DNA of 64,000 nt from assembly GCA_951406725.2 (NCBI GenBank), contig OX597827.1, positions 57,164,001 to 57,228,000 of the forward strand, read 5' to 3'. Both the position numbers and the translations under genes were made by a program. Below the pieces are notes generated by a model that had not been told where the DNA came from, did no database searches, and saw nothing but the letters and a program-made list of their open reading frames with translations. Source of the DNA: Octopus vulgaris (taxonomy: Eukaryota). The number at the start of each line of letters is the position of its first letter. Position 1 is the stretch's first letter. This document shows positions 52,181 to 64,000 of this stretch, piece after piece.

Positions 52181-52395
52181 AAAGTTAATCCAAACAAGAA
52201 AACACAAAAAAAAACCACAACGCAAGGACGTGGAACAAATATAGTATTATTGGACGCTCAGGAAAGAAGGGAAGAAGGAGGGTTTAACGTTTCGAGCGGA
52301 GCTCTTCGTCGGAAACATAGGAGAAGGAAAGATCCCGAGAAGGGAAGACAGAGGGAAAAAACCGCCAACGGTACACACGAGGTCACATTTTGAAA
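52181..52395 (-). mobile_element. Microsatellite-flanked mini-element, family P3, with hammerhead variant
   Basis: Minus strand GTTT-CCGACGA-A-GAGC-TCC-GCTC-GAAA-CGTT-AAAC at 52316-52282; homologous to 55535-55690. Confidence 0.7.
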
Positions 52396-52399
52396 GACC

Positions 52400-52438
<39 letters not shown>

Positions 52439-53335
52439 AGTCCATCGTTGTTGGTTCGATTCATTAATTGTAGGGGTTACTTCCTAACTTTGGCACACGG
52501 CCAGGAACTTTAGAAATCATATATTAACAATGCATTGTAATATATTCTCCGATACAATTGTTAATTGCTTCCACACATAAATTTATATTTGGCTTACTTA
52601 TTACAACTGATTTATGCTTATTGAAGTTGGCCCTTTTTTTCCCCCCTTCGCATACTCGTCTAATATAGACATTATTGGTTTGACAATTAAAATAGATTTA
52701 TGAACAAAATAAATAATGGAATTCTTTAATGTGATAAAGTACTTGATATCTCAGTGATCATTAGTTTTTATTGTAATAAGGTGTATATGTATATACGTGA
52801 GCATATGTGTGTATGCATGTACGTGCCATCATGTGTGTGTGTGTGTGTATATCTATATATGTATATATTATATGTATGTGCCTGAGTATGTGCGTGTGTG
52901 TGTGCGCGTGTACGCGTTTGTGATTTCAGTTTCTAACGAATCTGTACTAAGAGATGATGCACAATAAACATCAAACCATTTCAGATGAGTTTTTCGTCCC
53001 CCGAGCAGATATTGAACCTGTTGGAGTAAGATTTTACAATAGCTATTATGGACCCTAAGGCCAAAAAAATAAGGCTTGTGTGGAGGCATCTTGCTCTCGA
53101 ATTACCTAAAGCATATTTTAAACAGACATTTGAACAACGGAGCTCTCATGTGTGATGGTTCTTGACGCAATAAAATGTATCTTAGAGAGCTCTGAAATGT
53201 GGGGAAATATTTTTAAGGTCAGAGAGTATAGGAGATGAAAATTTTTTAATGTGTATATAGGGATGGTGGCGTGTAAGGCAAAAAAAAAAACACAGGAGAA
53301 TTTATTCATAAATTCTGTTTTGTTTTGTTTACTGT

Positions 53336-53392
53336 TGCCCCAGCATGGCCGCGGCCTTCGGGCTAAAACATTTTTAAGGATTTTAAGGATTT
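53336..53392 (+). mobile_element. Isolated LINE/SINE-type 3' tail with (TTTTAAGGA)n end
   Basis: GCCCCAGCATGGCCG-CGGCC-TTCG-GGCTA-AAAC, related to the SINE A tail. Confidence 0.55.
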
Positions 53393-53668
53393 ATATGCAT
53401 TCTGTAATCTACCCAACTGTAAAGCCCAATTAAGTGAAACGGATTGATATGATCCGTTTCACAGTTTCCCTTTTGAATATACTGTCTTATAAAAGGAGCA
53501 CATCGGATAATGTAATCCGTGATACACAATGCCTGAGCAAAAAATAGATGGGCTTGACAAGAATGTCGTTAAACGTAGATTTGTTTGATACACCTTATGT
53601 TAAATAACTTCCATTTTCTTCCTCATTGTTTCAAATGGCGTGGCTGTGTGGTAAGAAGATTGCTTCCG

Positions 53669-54031
53669 ATTGGCACGACTTGGAGCCACCCAGGTGTTTT
53701 GTTGTGGCAAGAAGTCTGGTCGGGCAAGAAGATTGTATTTTTGATTCCTAAATGGACGTATGTAAGAGGTTTATTGCCTCAAAATGGCTTTTGTATGTCG
53801 TTAATGTAAGAGGTCTATTGCCTTCTTAATGTGTTTTTTTTTTGTTTTTGTAAGAGGTTTGTTGCCTCAAAATATTTTATAAAAGAACAATGTGCTCGGG
53901 TATACAGCAATCGGCGTTGCTGTTGCCCTCATCATCATCATATCCTTAATCATCCCATCTCATTATGTCCGTGTCCATCCCGCAGGTGTAAGGCCCTTGT
54001 GTAAGGCCCTTGTGACCAATTAAATGAATAA
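53669..54031 (+). mobile_element. Retroelement 3' end (probable L1/Tx1 3' UTR) inserted in a SINE A head
   Basis: 16-bp TSD AAGAAGATTGCTTCCG at 53653-53668 and 54032-54047; internal TGTAAGAGGT.T.TTGCCT x3; tail GGCCCTTGTGACCAATTAAATGAATA. Confidence 0.7.
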
Positions 54032-54591
54032 AAGAAGATTGCTTCCGGTTGAAGACTTCGGCCGTGTTTTATTTTTTGCGCTCTGTGAGTTGTCATTTTT
54101 ATTCTTGAAACTGTTATTTATTGTAATCTGTTGTTGAAAATTATTGTTTAAAATTGTTATTGTGAACTGTTGCCTGTTTGCAAGCTGTGTAGGACTATTC
54201 TATTTCCCGGTATTTCGGGGAATAGTGAAATTTCTGTAGCCATTTGACAATTATTTATATGATTGGATTCTTCAACAGAGTGCATTTTTAATTTAGCCTT
54301 TGTAGGCATTGTTGAACTGCGCCCCACCCCCGTTTGGGGGTGGGATTTGAACTGTTGTTCGTATTGCGAAGAATTTATTTCTTGAACTGTGGCGAAAAAA
54401 GGGGGGAAACCTACAATTTCTTTAAAAAAAAAAACTGTATTCAGCCGTTTTAGGTTCTTTATTTGAGCTGCGCCCCTCCTCCGGTAGTATGATTTGAACT
54501 GTTGTTCCTCTTGAGAAGTAATTTTTGAACAGAAAAGAAAAAAGTAACGGAATCTTACAATTTTTCCTTTGGAAAAAAAGAACTGTGTATA

Positions 54592-54736
54592 TCAGTTTAT
54601 ATCTAAATCCACTTAGAGGGCTTTGGATGGCCCAAAATTATAGAAGTTACTTGCCCAAGTTGCCACGCAGTGGGATTGAACCCGGAGCTAAGTCACTGGA
54701 AAGCAAATTTCTTGCCACACAACCACGCCTGCGCCT
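54592..54736 (-). mobile_element. SINE A head
   Basis: ACTTGCCCAAG..CAGTGGGATTGAACCCGG..CCACACAACCACGCCTGCGCCT. Confidence 0.75.
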
Positions 54737-55176
54737 TAATCTTTGTGCATGTTACCAACTCATGTTTCGTTAGACAACATTTTTTGAAATAATGACAGCA
54801 GAATTTCCCTTCGGCCATTTCCTTTTCCGACAAAGAACAATAACCGAAATGTTAGTTTGTTCTTCGATTTACTACACGAAAACACAATTTATGTTCTATT
54901 TCCAGAGCAATGCCTTCGAGATTGAACATGGACCAAATGACTGATGTTAAAATGTACTCCAAGTGTGACCCAATCCCTCTGACCTCTCAGCTGTGACCGT
55001 TGTTGTTCAGTTTTATAATCAAAGACGTACGACAAGGCTACTACTCGCTTAGACTCTATTTCTGTTTCTGTCTCTCTCTTTAACCATCTAATCGCCACCA
55101 TCTGTTCTTACACATGCTTATTCAAACTCGCAAAATAATCAATACCAATAAATCATATATACTTATACATACGTGT

Positions 55177-55244
<68 letters not shown>

Positions 55245-55448
55245 TATGTGCATGTGTGCACATATGTGTACATACACATGCATACATATATGTGTGTGTG
55301 TGTGTACATATATGTACAGATATATACGTTAAACTAATACAACTGTTTGTTGTTTACACACCTGTCTTCGTCTTTTGTTTTTTGTTTTTGTAAATTCCAA
55401 CTATAATATAGATGCACGTGTTTATCTGAAAATATACATACATGCATA

Positions 55449-55534
<86 letters not shown>

Positions 55535-55538
<4 letters not shown>

Positions 55539-55690
55539 AATCCAAACATGAACAAGCAAGAAAAAACAACAACGCGAGGACGTGGATTAAGTACAGTGTT
55601 ATTGGACACTTCGCTTTTCGAGCGGAGCTCTTCATCAGAAATATAGAAAATGTACAAAGAAGGGAAGACGGAGAAAGAAAATCGCCACCT
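55535..55690 (-). mobile_element. Family P3 element with partial hammerhead
   Basis: Minus strand CTGATGA-A-GAGC-TCC-GCTC-GAAA (55638-55616); helix III/I side disrupted. Confidence 0.65.
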
Positions 55691-55962
55691 ATTTAAATGC
55701 AAATCTATAAATATATATATAAATACCTATTTATCTACTCACACACACACACACACACACACAGTCTGTACCTGCACTGCTCAGTACAACTGCAAAATCC
55801 TCAGTCCTCATAGATATTGTCTTAACCATTTCACTAGATAACTCAGAGCAGCTGATATATATTTTTCAAAACTTAGACTGGTGCCTCATCGATTTGTAGG
55901 TTCAAATTCTACCCCAAAATTATTAGCTGTTATGCAATACATTGAAAACAAATCATTTATAT

Positions 55963-56302
55963 CAGGCGTTCTCAACCATTTTTTTATCTATTAACCCCTG
56001 TGATTACTTTTTTTATTGTGGTGGACCCACATAGGCATTCGATATATAAAAACTAGTTTTACAGAAACTTCTTTCAAAATTCCAATTTTGTTTTTCTCAT
56101 ATTAACTTGTGTATGCTGAACCATGTAAAACGTTTGAGAAAAAAACCTATCTGTTTCTGGCAATACATACATCTAAAGCAAAATTTATTCAGGGGCCCTC
56201 GAAATACTATTGTAGATCCCCAATTTACTATTTGTTGCGTGAAACCCCCAGAATCTTATATGGACCCTCAGGGGTCATGTGGACCCCGGTTGAGAACCAC
56301 TG
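55963..56302. mobile_element. hAT/Charlie-type MITE
   Basis: TIRs CAGGCGTTCTCAACC and GGTTGAGAACCACTG (CAGTGGTTCTCAAC type). Second, partial copy at 61286-61380. 8-bp TSD not evident. Confidence 0.7.
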
Positions 56303-56362
56303 ATTGCGACACACACGTAGACATAAGTTTAGTTTGAATGATTAATTGTATACTCTGTTACA

Positions 56363-56768
56363 CTTTTACTTGTTTCAGTCATTTGACTGTGACCATGCTG
56401 GAGCACCGCCTTTAGTCGAGCAAATCGACCCCAGGACTTATTCTTTGTAAGCCTAGTACTTATTCTATCGGTCTCTTTTGCCGAACCGCTAAGTTACGGG
56501 GACGTAAACACACCAGCATCGGTTGTCAAGCGATGTTGGGGCGACAAACACAGACACACAAACATATACAAACACATACATACATACATACACATATATA
56601 CGACGGGCTTCTTTCAGTTTCCGTCTACCAAATCCACTCACTCACAAGGCTTTGGTCGACCCGAGGCTATAGTAAAAGACACTTGCCCAAGGTGCCATGC
56701 AGTGGGACTGAACCCGGAACCATGTGGTTGGTAAGGAAAATTCTTACCACACAGCCACTCCTACACCT
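56363..56768 (-). mobile_element. SINE A, full length
   Basis: Identity to family. Confidence 0.92.
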
Positions 56769-57364
56769 ATATGTATGTTCATTTCTAAAACCGATGTCCT
56801 TCTAATACTACAGGATCCTATCTTCTGGATCAGGCCAACGCTAATTGCTTCATGTGAGAGTGCATGGTCTGAGGTCAACGTCATACGGACAGAGGTTAAT
56901 GCTTGTTAGGATCTACCGAGTTTGCTCAATATTTACATACGTTGTAGCGTACGTTTAAGCATGCATAAATTTTTGACTCACTTCCCTCTCCCCAGACATC
57001 ATCTCCCTCGTTAAAGTAGTTCTAATCCATAAACTTAACCGGCCAATCTGCTCCTTAATGAACTCTAATCAATATTCATACGCGTTTTTCAAGTGCTGCT
57101 ACTTATAAAATATGGCGAAATCTTATTGACAAAGTTGCTCCATACGGAATCTATTTTACTATATTTCATTGTACTTCATTAAATTTTTTTTTTTCCTTTT
57201 TTTACATATTTAATCCATAAATCTTAGCTTTGGGCATCTGGTTATGATAGTTCTGGTGGATTTAACAGCTGTTTGGTTTTCCTTGTTCACCGCAACTACA
57301 CAATAACTTGGTAACTGAGAAAACAAGCTTACTGTTCTCTCTCTCTCTCCTTTCTGTCTCCCTC

Positions 57365-57900
57365 TCGTCCTCTTCTTCAGCTTCTTCTTCTCCTTCTTCT
57401 CCTTCTTCTTCTTCTTCATCAGCTTCTTCTTCTTCTTCTTCTTCTTCTTCTTCTTCTTCTTCTTCTTCTTCTTCTTCTTCTCCTTCTTCTTCCGCCTCCT
57501 CCTCCTCCTCCTCAGCTTCTTCTTCTTCTTCTTCTTCTTCTTCTTCTTCTTCTTCTTCTTCTTCAGCTTCTTCTTCAGCTTCTTCTTCAGCTTCTTCTTC
57601 AGCTTCTTCTTCAGCTTCTTCTTCAGCTTCTCATTCTTCAGCTTCTTCTTCTTCTTCTCCTTCTTCTTCTTCTTTTTCTTCTTCTTCTTCTTCTTCTTCT
57701 TCTTCTTCTTCCTCCTCTCCTCCTCAGCTTCTTCTTCTTCTTCTTCTTCTTCTTCTTCTTCCTCCTCCTCCTCCTCCTCAGCTTCTTCTTCTTTTTCTTC
57801 TTCTTCTTCTTTCTCCTCAGCTTCTTCTTTTTTCTCCTCAGCTTCTTCTTCTTCTTCTTCTTCTTCTTCTTCTTCTTCTTCTTCTTCTTCTTCTTTTCTC
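57365..57900. repeat. (CTT)n trinucleotide array with CAG/CCT interruptions
   Basis: Direct observation; includes a 12-bp (TTCTTCAGCTTC) higher-order period. Confidence 0.95.
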
Positions 57901-58460
57901 TATTTCTCTCAGTTTTTTTTTCTTTCTTTTCCTCCTCTATCTCACAATGCCTCTCTTTCTCCCTTTTATATTCCCTACATCCCTTGCTAACACGTATATC
58001 CTATAATCTATAAAAGTGTTTACAAGATAATAAAACAAATCTGAAGGGGAAAAAATATCTCCGTAAAAATTAAATACAGAAAAGAACGGTGGATTACCTT
58101 TATTTCATCCAATCATGGGCTTTACTATTCACAAAATTTGAACGGTGCGTACGTGCGCGCATTTTTAAGTATATGTATATGTGTGTTTGTGTGTGTGAGT
58201 ATATATATATATATATATGTGTATGTATATGCATATACACACACTCAAACATACATACATACATACATACCATACATACATATACATACGTGTGTGCGTG
58301 TGTGTGTGTATGAGTGGTGTATCGATGTATTGCTGCGTACGTGTGTTTATACATGTATCTGCCTGTATGTGTGTGTAAAATATATATATATATACACATA
58401 CATATTTATGCATGTATGTATGCGTATATGTATATATGTATGTGCGTGTGTGTGTATGTA

Positions 58461-58521
<61 letters not shown>

Positions 58522-58545
58522 GTATATTCTTCTATTCTTTTAATT

Positions 58546-58908
58546 TCTTTTACTTGTTTCAGTCATTTGACTGCCGCCATGCTGGAGCACCGCCTTTAGT
58601 CGAATCAAATCGACCCCAGGACTTTGTAAGCCTAGTACTTATTCTATCGGTCTTTTGGCCGAACCGCTAGTTTACGGAGACCTGAACACACCAACATCGG
58701 TTGTCAAACGATGTTGAGGAGACAAACACAAATACACATATACGCACACACACATATATATATGCATATATACGACGGGCTTCTTTCAGTTTCCGTCTAC
58801 CAAATCCACTCGCAAGGCTTTAGTCGGCCCAAGGCCAAGGTGCCACGCAATGGGAGTGAACCCGGGATCATGTGGTTGGTAAGCAAGCTACTTACCACAC
58901 AGCCACTC
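58546..58908 (-). mobile_element. SINE A
   Basis: Identity to family; small deletions. Confidence 0.9.
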
Positions 58909-58922
58909 ATATATATATAGAG

Positions 58923-58982
<60 letters not shown>

Positions 58983-59349
58983 CTAGACATATTTATATAT
59001 AAATATATATGTGTATATATATATGTGTGTATGTGTGTGTATTGTCTGTGTGTGTGTTTGTGTGTGTGTGTGTGTATGTGTGTGTGTGTGTGTATGTGTG
59101 TGTGTGTGAGGGATAGTAAGGATGCTTTTACGTGGGTGTGCTCCTACACATTTGAACAAAGACAACAACGAATCTCTGAAAAACGTCATTAAAACGGTAC
59201 TCATCTCAGTATATCTATATCCTGTTTGTTTTACAACTATCTGACCAGATATAGAGCATACATAATAATCAGCGAAACGAGTTAACGCATAATGGATTAG
59301 CCTCTGATTCTGGTGTATAGAAAGTGGAAAAGACAGACGGATAAACACG

Positions 59350-59384
<35 letters not shown>

Positions 59385-59482
59385 CGACTGGTAGACAGCC
59401 AGACTGACTGGTTGATAGACTGACAAACAGATAGACATAGGCAGACAGACAAATAAAGTGTGGGAGAAGTGATCGATTAGAT

Positions 59483-59518
<36 letters not shown>

Positions 59519-59642
59519 GAGAGGGAGAGAGAGATGTATATCTCTTTACCTTGATTACTCAATAAACTGCGGCAATGCTGGGGCACCGCTTTGAAAGCTT
59601 TAAACAAACAAATTGCGCCTAGTTTTTATTATTATTATTATC

Positions 59643-59675
<33 letters not shown>

Positions 59676-59691
59676 TAAATTATATATATAT

Positions 59692-59854
59692 TGCTTGACA
59701 ACCGATGCTGCTGTGTTTACGTCCCCGTATAGCGGTTCGGCAAAAGAGACCCGATAGAATCAGTACTGGGCTAACAAAGAATAAGTCCCGGGGTCGATTT
59801 GCTCGACTAAAGGCGGTGCTCCAGCATGGCCGCAGTCAAATGACTGAAACAAGT
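59692..59854 (+). mobile_element. SINE A tail
   Basis: Identity to family; opposite-strand tail stub at 59545-59620. Confidence 0.85.
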
Positions 59855-59856
59855 AG

Positions 59857-59918
<62 letters not shown>

Positions 59919-60158
59919 TGTATGTATGTATGTATGTATGTATGTATGTATGTATGTATGTATGTATGTATGTATGCGTGTATGTATGTATGTATGTATG
60001 TATGTATGTATGTATATATGCATGTACATCTCAAATTATTGTTTTCACCGCCTACAGCGAGATCAGGTGTGAATATTTGCATTTTTGCTTTGAACACGTC
60101 TAGACACGTTCAGACGCATATTTATGCTGGACGACGTCTTAGATTATTCTCCTACATA

Positions 60159-60325
60159 TACGACCAACATTTTTCAGTTTTCGACAACCAAATTCACCCA
60201 CAAGGCTTTGAGCAGCCCGGGGCTATTAAGAAACGACACTTAACCAAGATGCTGTGCAGTGGGACTGAACCCAAGATCACATAACTGAGAAGTGAGATTT
60301 TTATTCACACACCTACGCTTGGGCC
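60159..60325 (-). mobile_element. SINE A head, degenerate
   Basis: CACAAGGCTTTG..GCAGTGGGACTGAACCC. Confidence 0.7.
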
Positions 60326-60797
60326 TTGTGTATATTTTCAAAACGTGCGTGCGTAAAGAATGTAGGATGTATCAAAGAACATAACATATTTCACCTCTAT
60401 AATCAGTTTAAATAAATCGATTTACAACACTTGGTATTTCAGTGCAAGTAATTGAACTGATGTTTATCTCTTATTTCTAAGTTTATTGCTGGTTTCTGAT
60501 CATATGAAAGACATTTCCTGATAAAAGCTTTAATTTATCAGAGGTATCTTCGTCAGAGCGCTGGTCCCTCTTCACGAAAACTAGATGAACTGTGGTACGG
60601 AGAAAAAAGTATGTGCAGAAAGTTTTTAATAAGAACACATGGGTCCTCTGTCGATGTTGACCTTTGTCGAGTTCTATAGCACTTAGAAGTGGCTGAGTAT
60701 TTCATGGGAGCTTATACCCGTAAGATTATCAGGCAAAATCAGCGTGAGGCAATGTGTTAAGACTGGTGCCTTGAGTTTAAAAAGTGTTGTTTATCAT

Positions 60798-61207
60798 AGG
60801 CATAGGAGTGGCTGTGTGGTAAGTAGCTTGCTTACCAACTTCATGGTCATGGGTTCAGTCCCACTGCATGGCACCTTGGACAAGTGTTTTCTACTATAGC
60901 CTCGGGCCGACCAAAGCCTTGTGAGTGGATTTGGTAGACGGAAACTGAAAGAAGCCCATCGTATATATGTATATATATATGTATTTATGTGTATATGTGT
61001 GCATGTTTGTGTGTCTGTGTTTGTCCCCCCAACATCGCTTGAGAACCGATGCTGGTGTGTTTACATCCCTGTAACTTAACGGTTCGGCAAAAGGGATCGA
61101 TAGAATAAGTACGAGGCTTACAAAGAATAAGTCCTGGGGTCGATTTGCTTGACTAAAGACGGTGCTCCAGCATGGCCACAGTCAAATGACTGAAACAAGT
61201 AAAAGAG
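60798..61207 (+). mobile_element. SINE A, full length
   Basis: Identity to family. Confidence 0.92.
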
Positions 61208-61379
61208 TTATCTAACGGGCTTCCGCACGGTTTTTGGTTATTGTTGGATTATGATATAAACAACTTAATATTCCACTAATTAAAGCAGTAGTTCTCAACC
61301 ATCATTTTTATCTTTTGACTCCTTTGATTCCTATTTTATTCCGTGCCTCATCCCCCATAGCAACTTGATGTTTAATAAC

Positions 61380-62388
<1,009 letters not shown>

Positions 62389-62501
62389 CTTTTACTCTCT
62401 TACTTGTTTCAGTCATTTGACTGTGGCCATGCTGGAACAAACACAGACACACAAACATATACACACACATACATACATACATACATACATACATACATAC
62501 A

Positions 62502-62532
<31 letters not shown>

Positions 62533-62667
62533 CAAATCCACTCACAAGGCTTTGGTCGGCCCAAGGCTATAGTAGAAGACACTTGCCCAAGATGCCACGC
62601 AGTGGGACTGAACCCGGAACCATGTAGTTCGTAAGCAAGCTACTTACCACACAGCCACTCCTACGCC
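62389..62667 (-). mobile_element. SINE A with internal deletions
   Basis: Identity to family. Confidence 0.85.
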
Positions 62668-63689
62668 TGTGTAAGAGTGTGTGTCAGAGTGTGTATGTGT
62701 GTTGTGCATGTGTGTGAATGAGTGTGCCTGTGAATATGTTTGTGCGTGCGTGCATGTGTGCGTGCGTGTGTGCGTGTGTGTGTGTTGTGTGTTTGTGAGT
62801 GTGAATGTGAATATGTGTGTGTATGTGTGTTCTGATGCAACGTGGATTGTATTGTGTATTACCACCTCTTTAGTTTTTTCCTTTTTTCCCGTTTTTTTAT
62901 ACTTTTCCTGTTCATCTGAAATTATCTGCTGCTTGTTGTTGTTTTTTTCCCCCTAAATATCCTTCCTTACGTTCCATTGTTTTACGCTATTTATTTGACC
63001 ATAACTACAGAGACTGATTATTCGCCAGATTGCGGAGATGATTCTGTGATGTTTAACTGCGAAGTTTAATTTGGTGGGAAGAAGACTTTTATAAGCTCGA
63101 AACACTCTCTGCTCATAGCTTTGTTTTTATTTTCGCCTTGAATTAATAACAAACCGAGAGTAAAAGGTAAATCTAATGTTTTATCGAATTTATACCGTAT
63201 GTCATCTATACGAAAGATTTACTCTTATCATTTTCTATATTTTATTGCATTTAAAGCAGAACTGATTTTTTTCTTCTCGCTGCCGCTTCATATAGATTGG
63301 CTGATCAACTTCTGCCTCTTTTCCTTGATCATGTATTTGTTGTGGTTGCTGTTGTTGTGGTTGTTGTGCTTACTGTTGTTGTTGCTGTCTTTCTTCTTCG
63401 CCTTCTAATCAGGACTCACGCCATTAGCCACAAAGAATAATCTCTAATTCGAGCCTACTCTAAGCTACTAAGAATGTGTGTGACAACTTGAATATCCACC
63501 CACCACACGCGATAGACTGGCGGTTGCACGGGCGCCAAAGCTACGTTGTTATCCTCATTCCGTAAACGGTGGCTTTTTTAACGGGTGGATAGCTGAACCA
63601 TCCTGGGGTACAGAGGATTCGCAATCTAGACTAGGGTCTGAAAATTTACCACACCATAGTGGGTTACACCATGGTTCCTCTGCTTTGTG

Positions 63690-63826
63690 GTAGAAGTAGG
63701 AAGAAAGAGTGAAAGAGTACAGCGGGGTTCCCCATCCCTCCCCACCGGAGACTCGTGGTGGTAATCGAAACCGCGTTCTTACGACCCAGAGTCCACTGCC
63801 CTAACTACTGGGCCATTGCGCCACCA
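63690..63826 (-). mobile_element. SINE C-variant head, degenerate
   Basis: AATCGAAACCGCG..GAGTCCACTGCCCTAACTACTGGGCCATTGCG matches 36896-36955. Confidence 0.75.
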
Positions 63827-64000
63827 CTGTTGTTGTTGCTGTTGTTGCTTTGAGGCATTCATTCTGGCTCTTTACATTCTAGGTTCAAATCCACTGTTCT
63901 TAACTTTGCTTTTCATCCCTTCAAGGTCGACAAAATAAGGCAACTGTCAAGTGCTCAGATGAATGGTTTCGACTAATCCCTCTCTCTGCTGGCGCTGCAG

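Noticed and set aside
57308-58006. 232-aa poly-Ser/poly-Leu ORF
   Set aside because: (CTT)n array; no non-repetitive coding signal or splice context.
60505-60560. Minus-strand CTGACGA followed by hairpin CTGATAAA/TTTATCAG and GAAA
   Set aside because: Eight unpaired nucleotides separate the core from the hairpin and helix I does not form; probably chance.

Overview
AT-rich, repeat-saturated eukaryotic DNA. It is most likely intronic or intergenic sequence from an octopus genome; this is inferred from the SINE families and the extreme (TA)n/(CATA)n/(CA)n load. No host protein-coding gene is recognisable, and nearly all listed ORFs are microsatellite or SINE translation artefacts. The window holds more than 40 copies or fragments of at least five tRNA-derived SINE families (labelled A-D and H here), and LINE remnants of the Tx1/L1, CR1, RTE and HERO-like clades. 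It also holds two Penelope-like (PLE) ORF remnants, a near-intact DD34E Tc1 element, three other mariner/Tc1 relics, a non-autonomous Helitron and a hAT-type MITE. The most interesting signal is a set of short non-coding elements, mostly sitting in (TA)n, that carry minimal type-I hammerhead ribozyme (HHR) motifs. One is a 301-bp terminally redundant monomer with a canonical HHR (38446-38770). Another joins a Pol III tRNA-like head, an HHR and 30-bp inverted ends (51776-52113), a candidate Penelope-mobilised 'ribozyme SINE'/retrozyme. Other notable structures are a 313-bp spacer-less palindrome, a ~560-bp locally templated insertion with microhomology junctions, and a foldback-like modular minisatellite. 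All calls were made by eye, without database searches or folding software.
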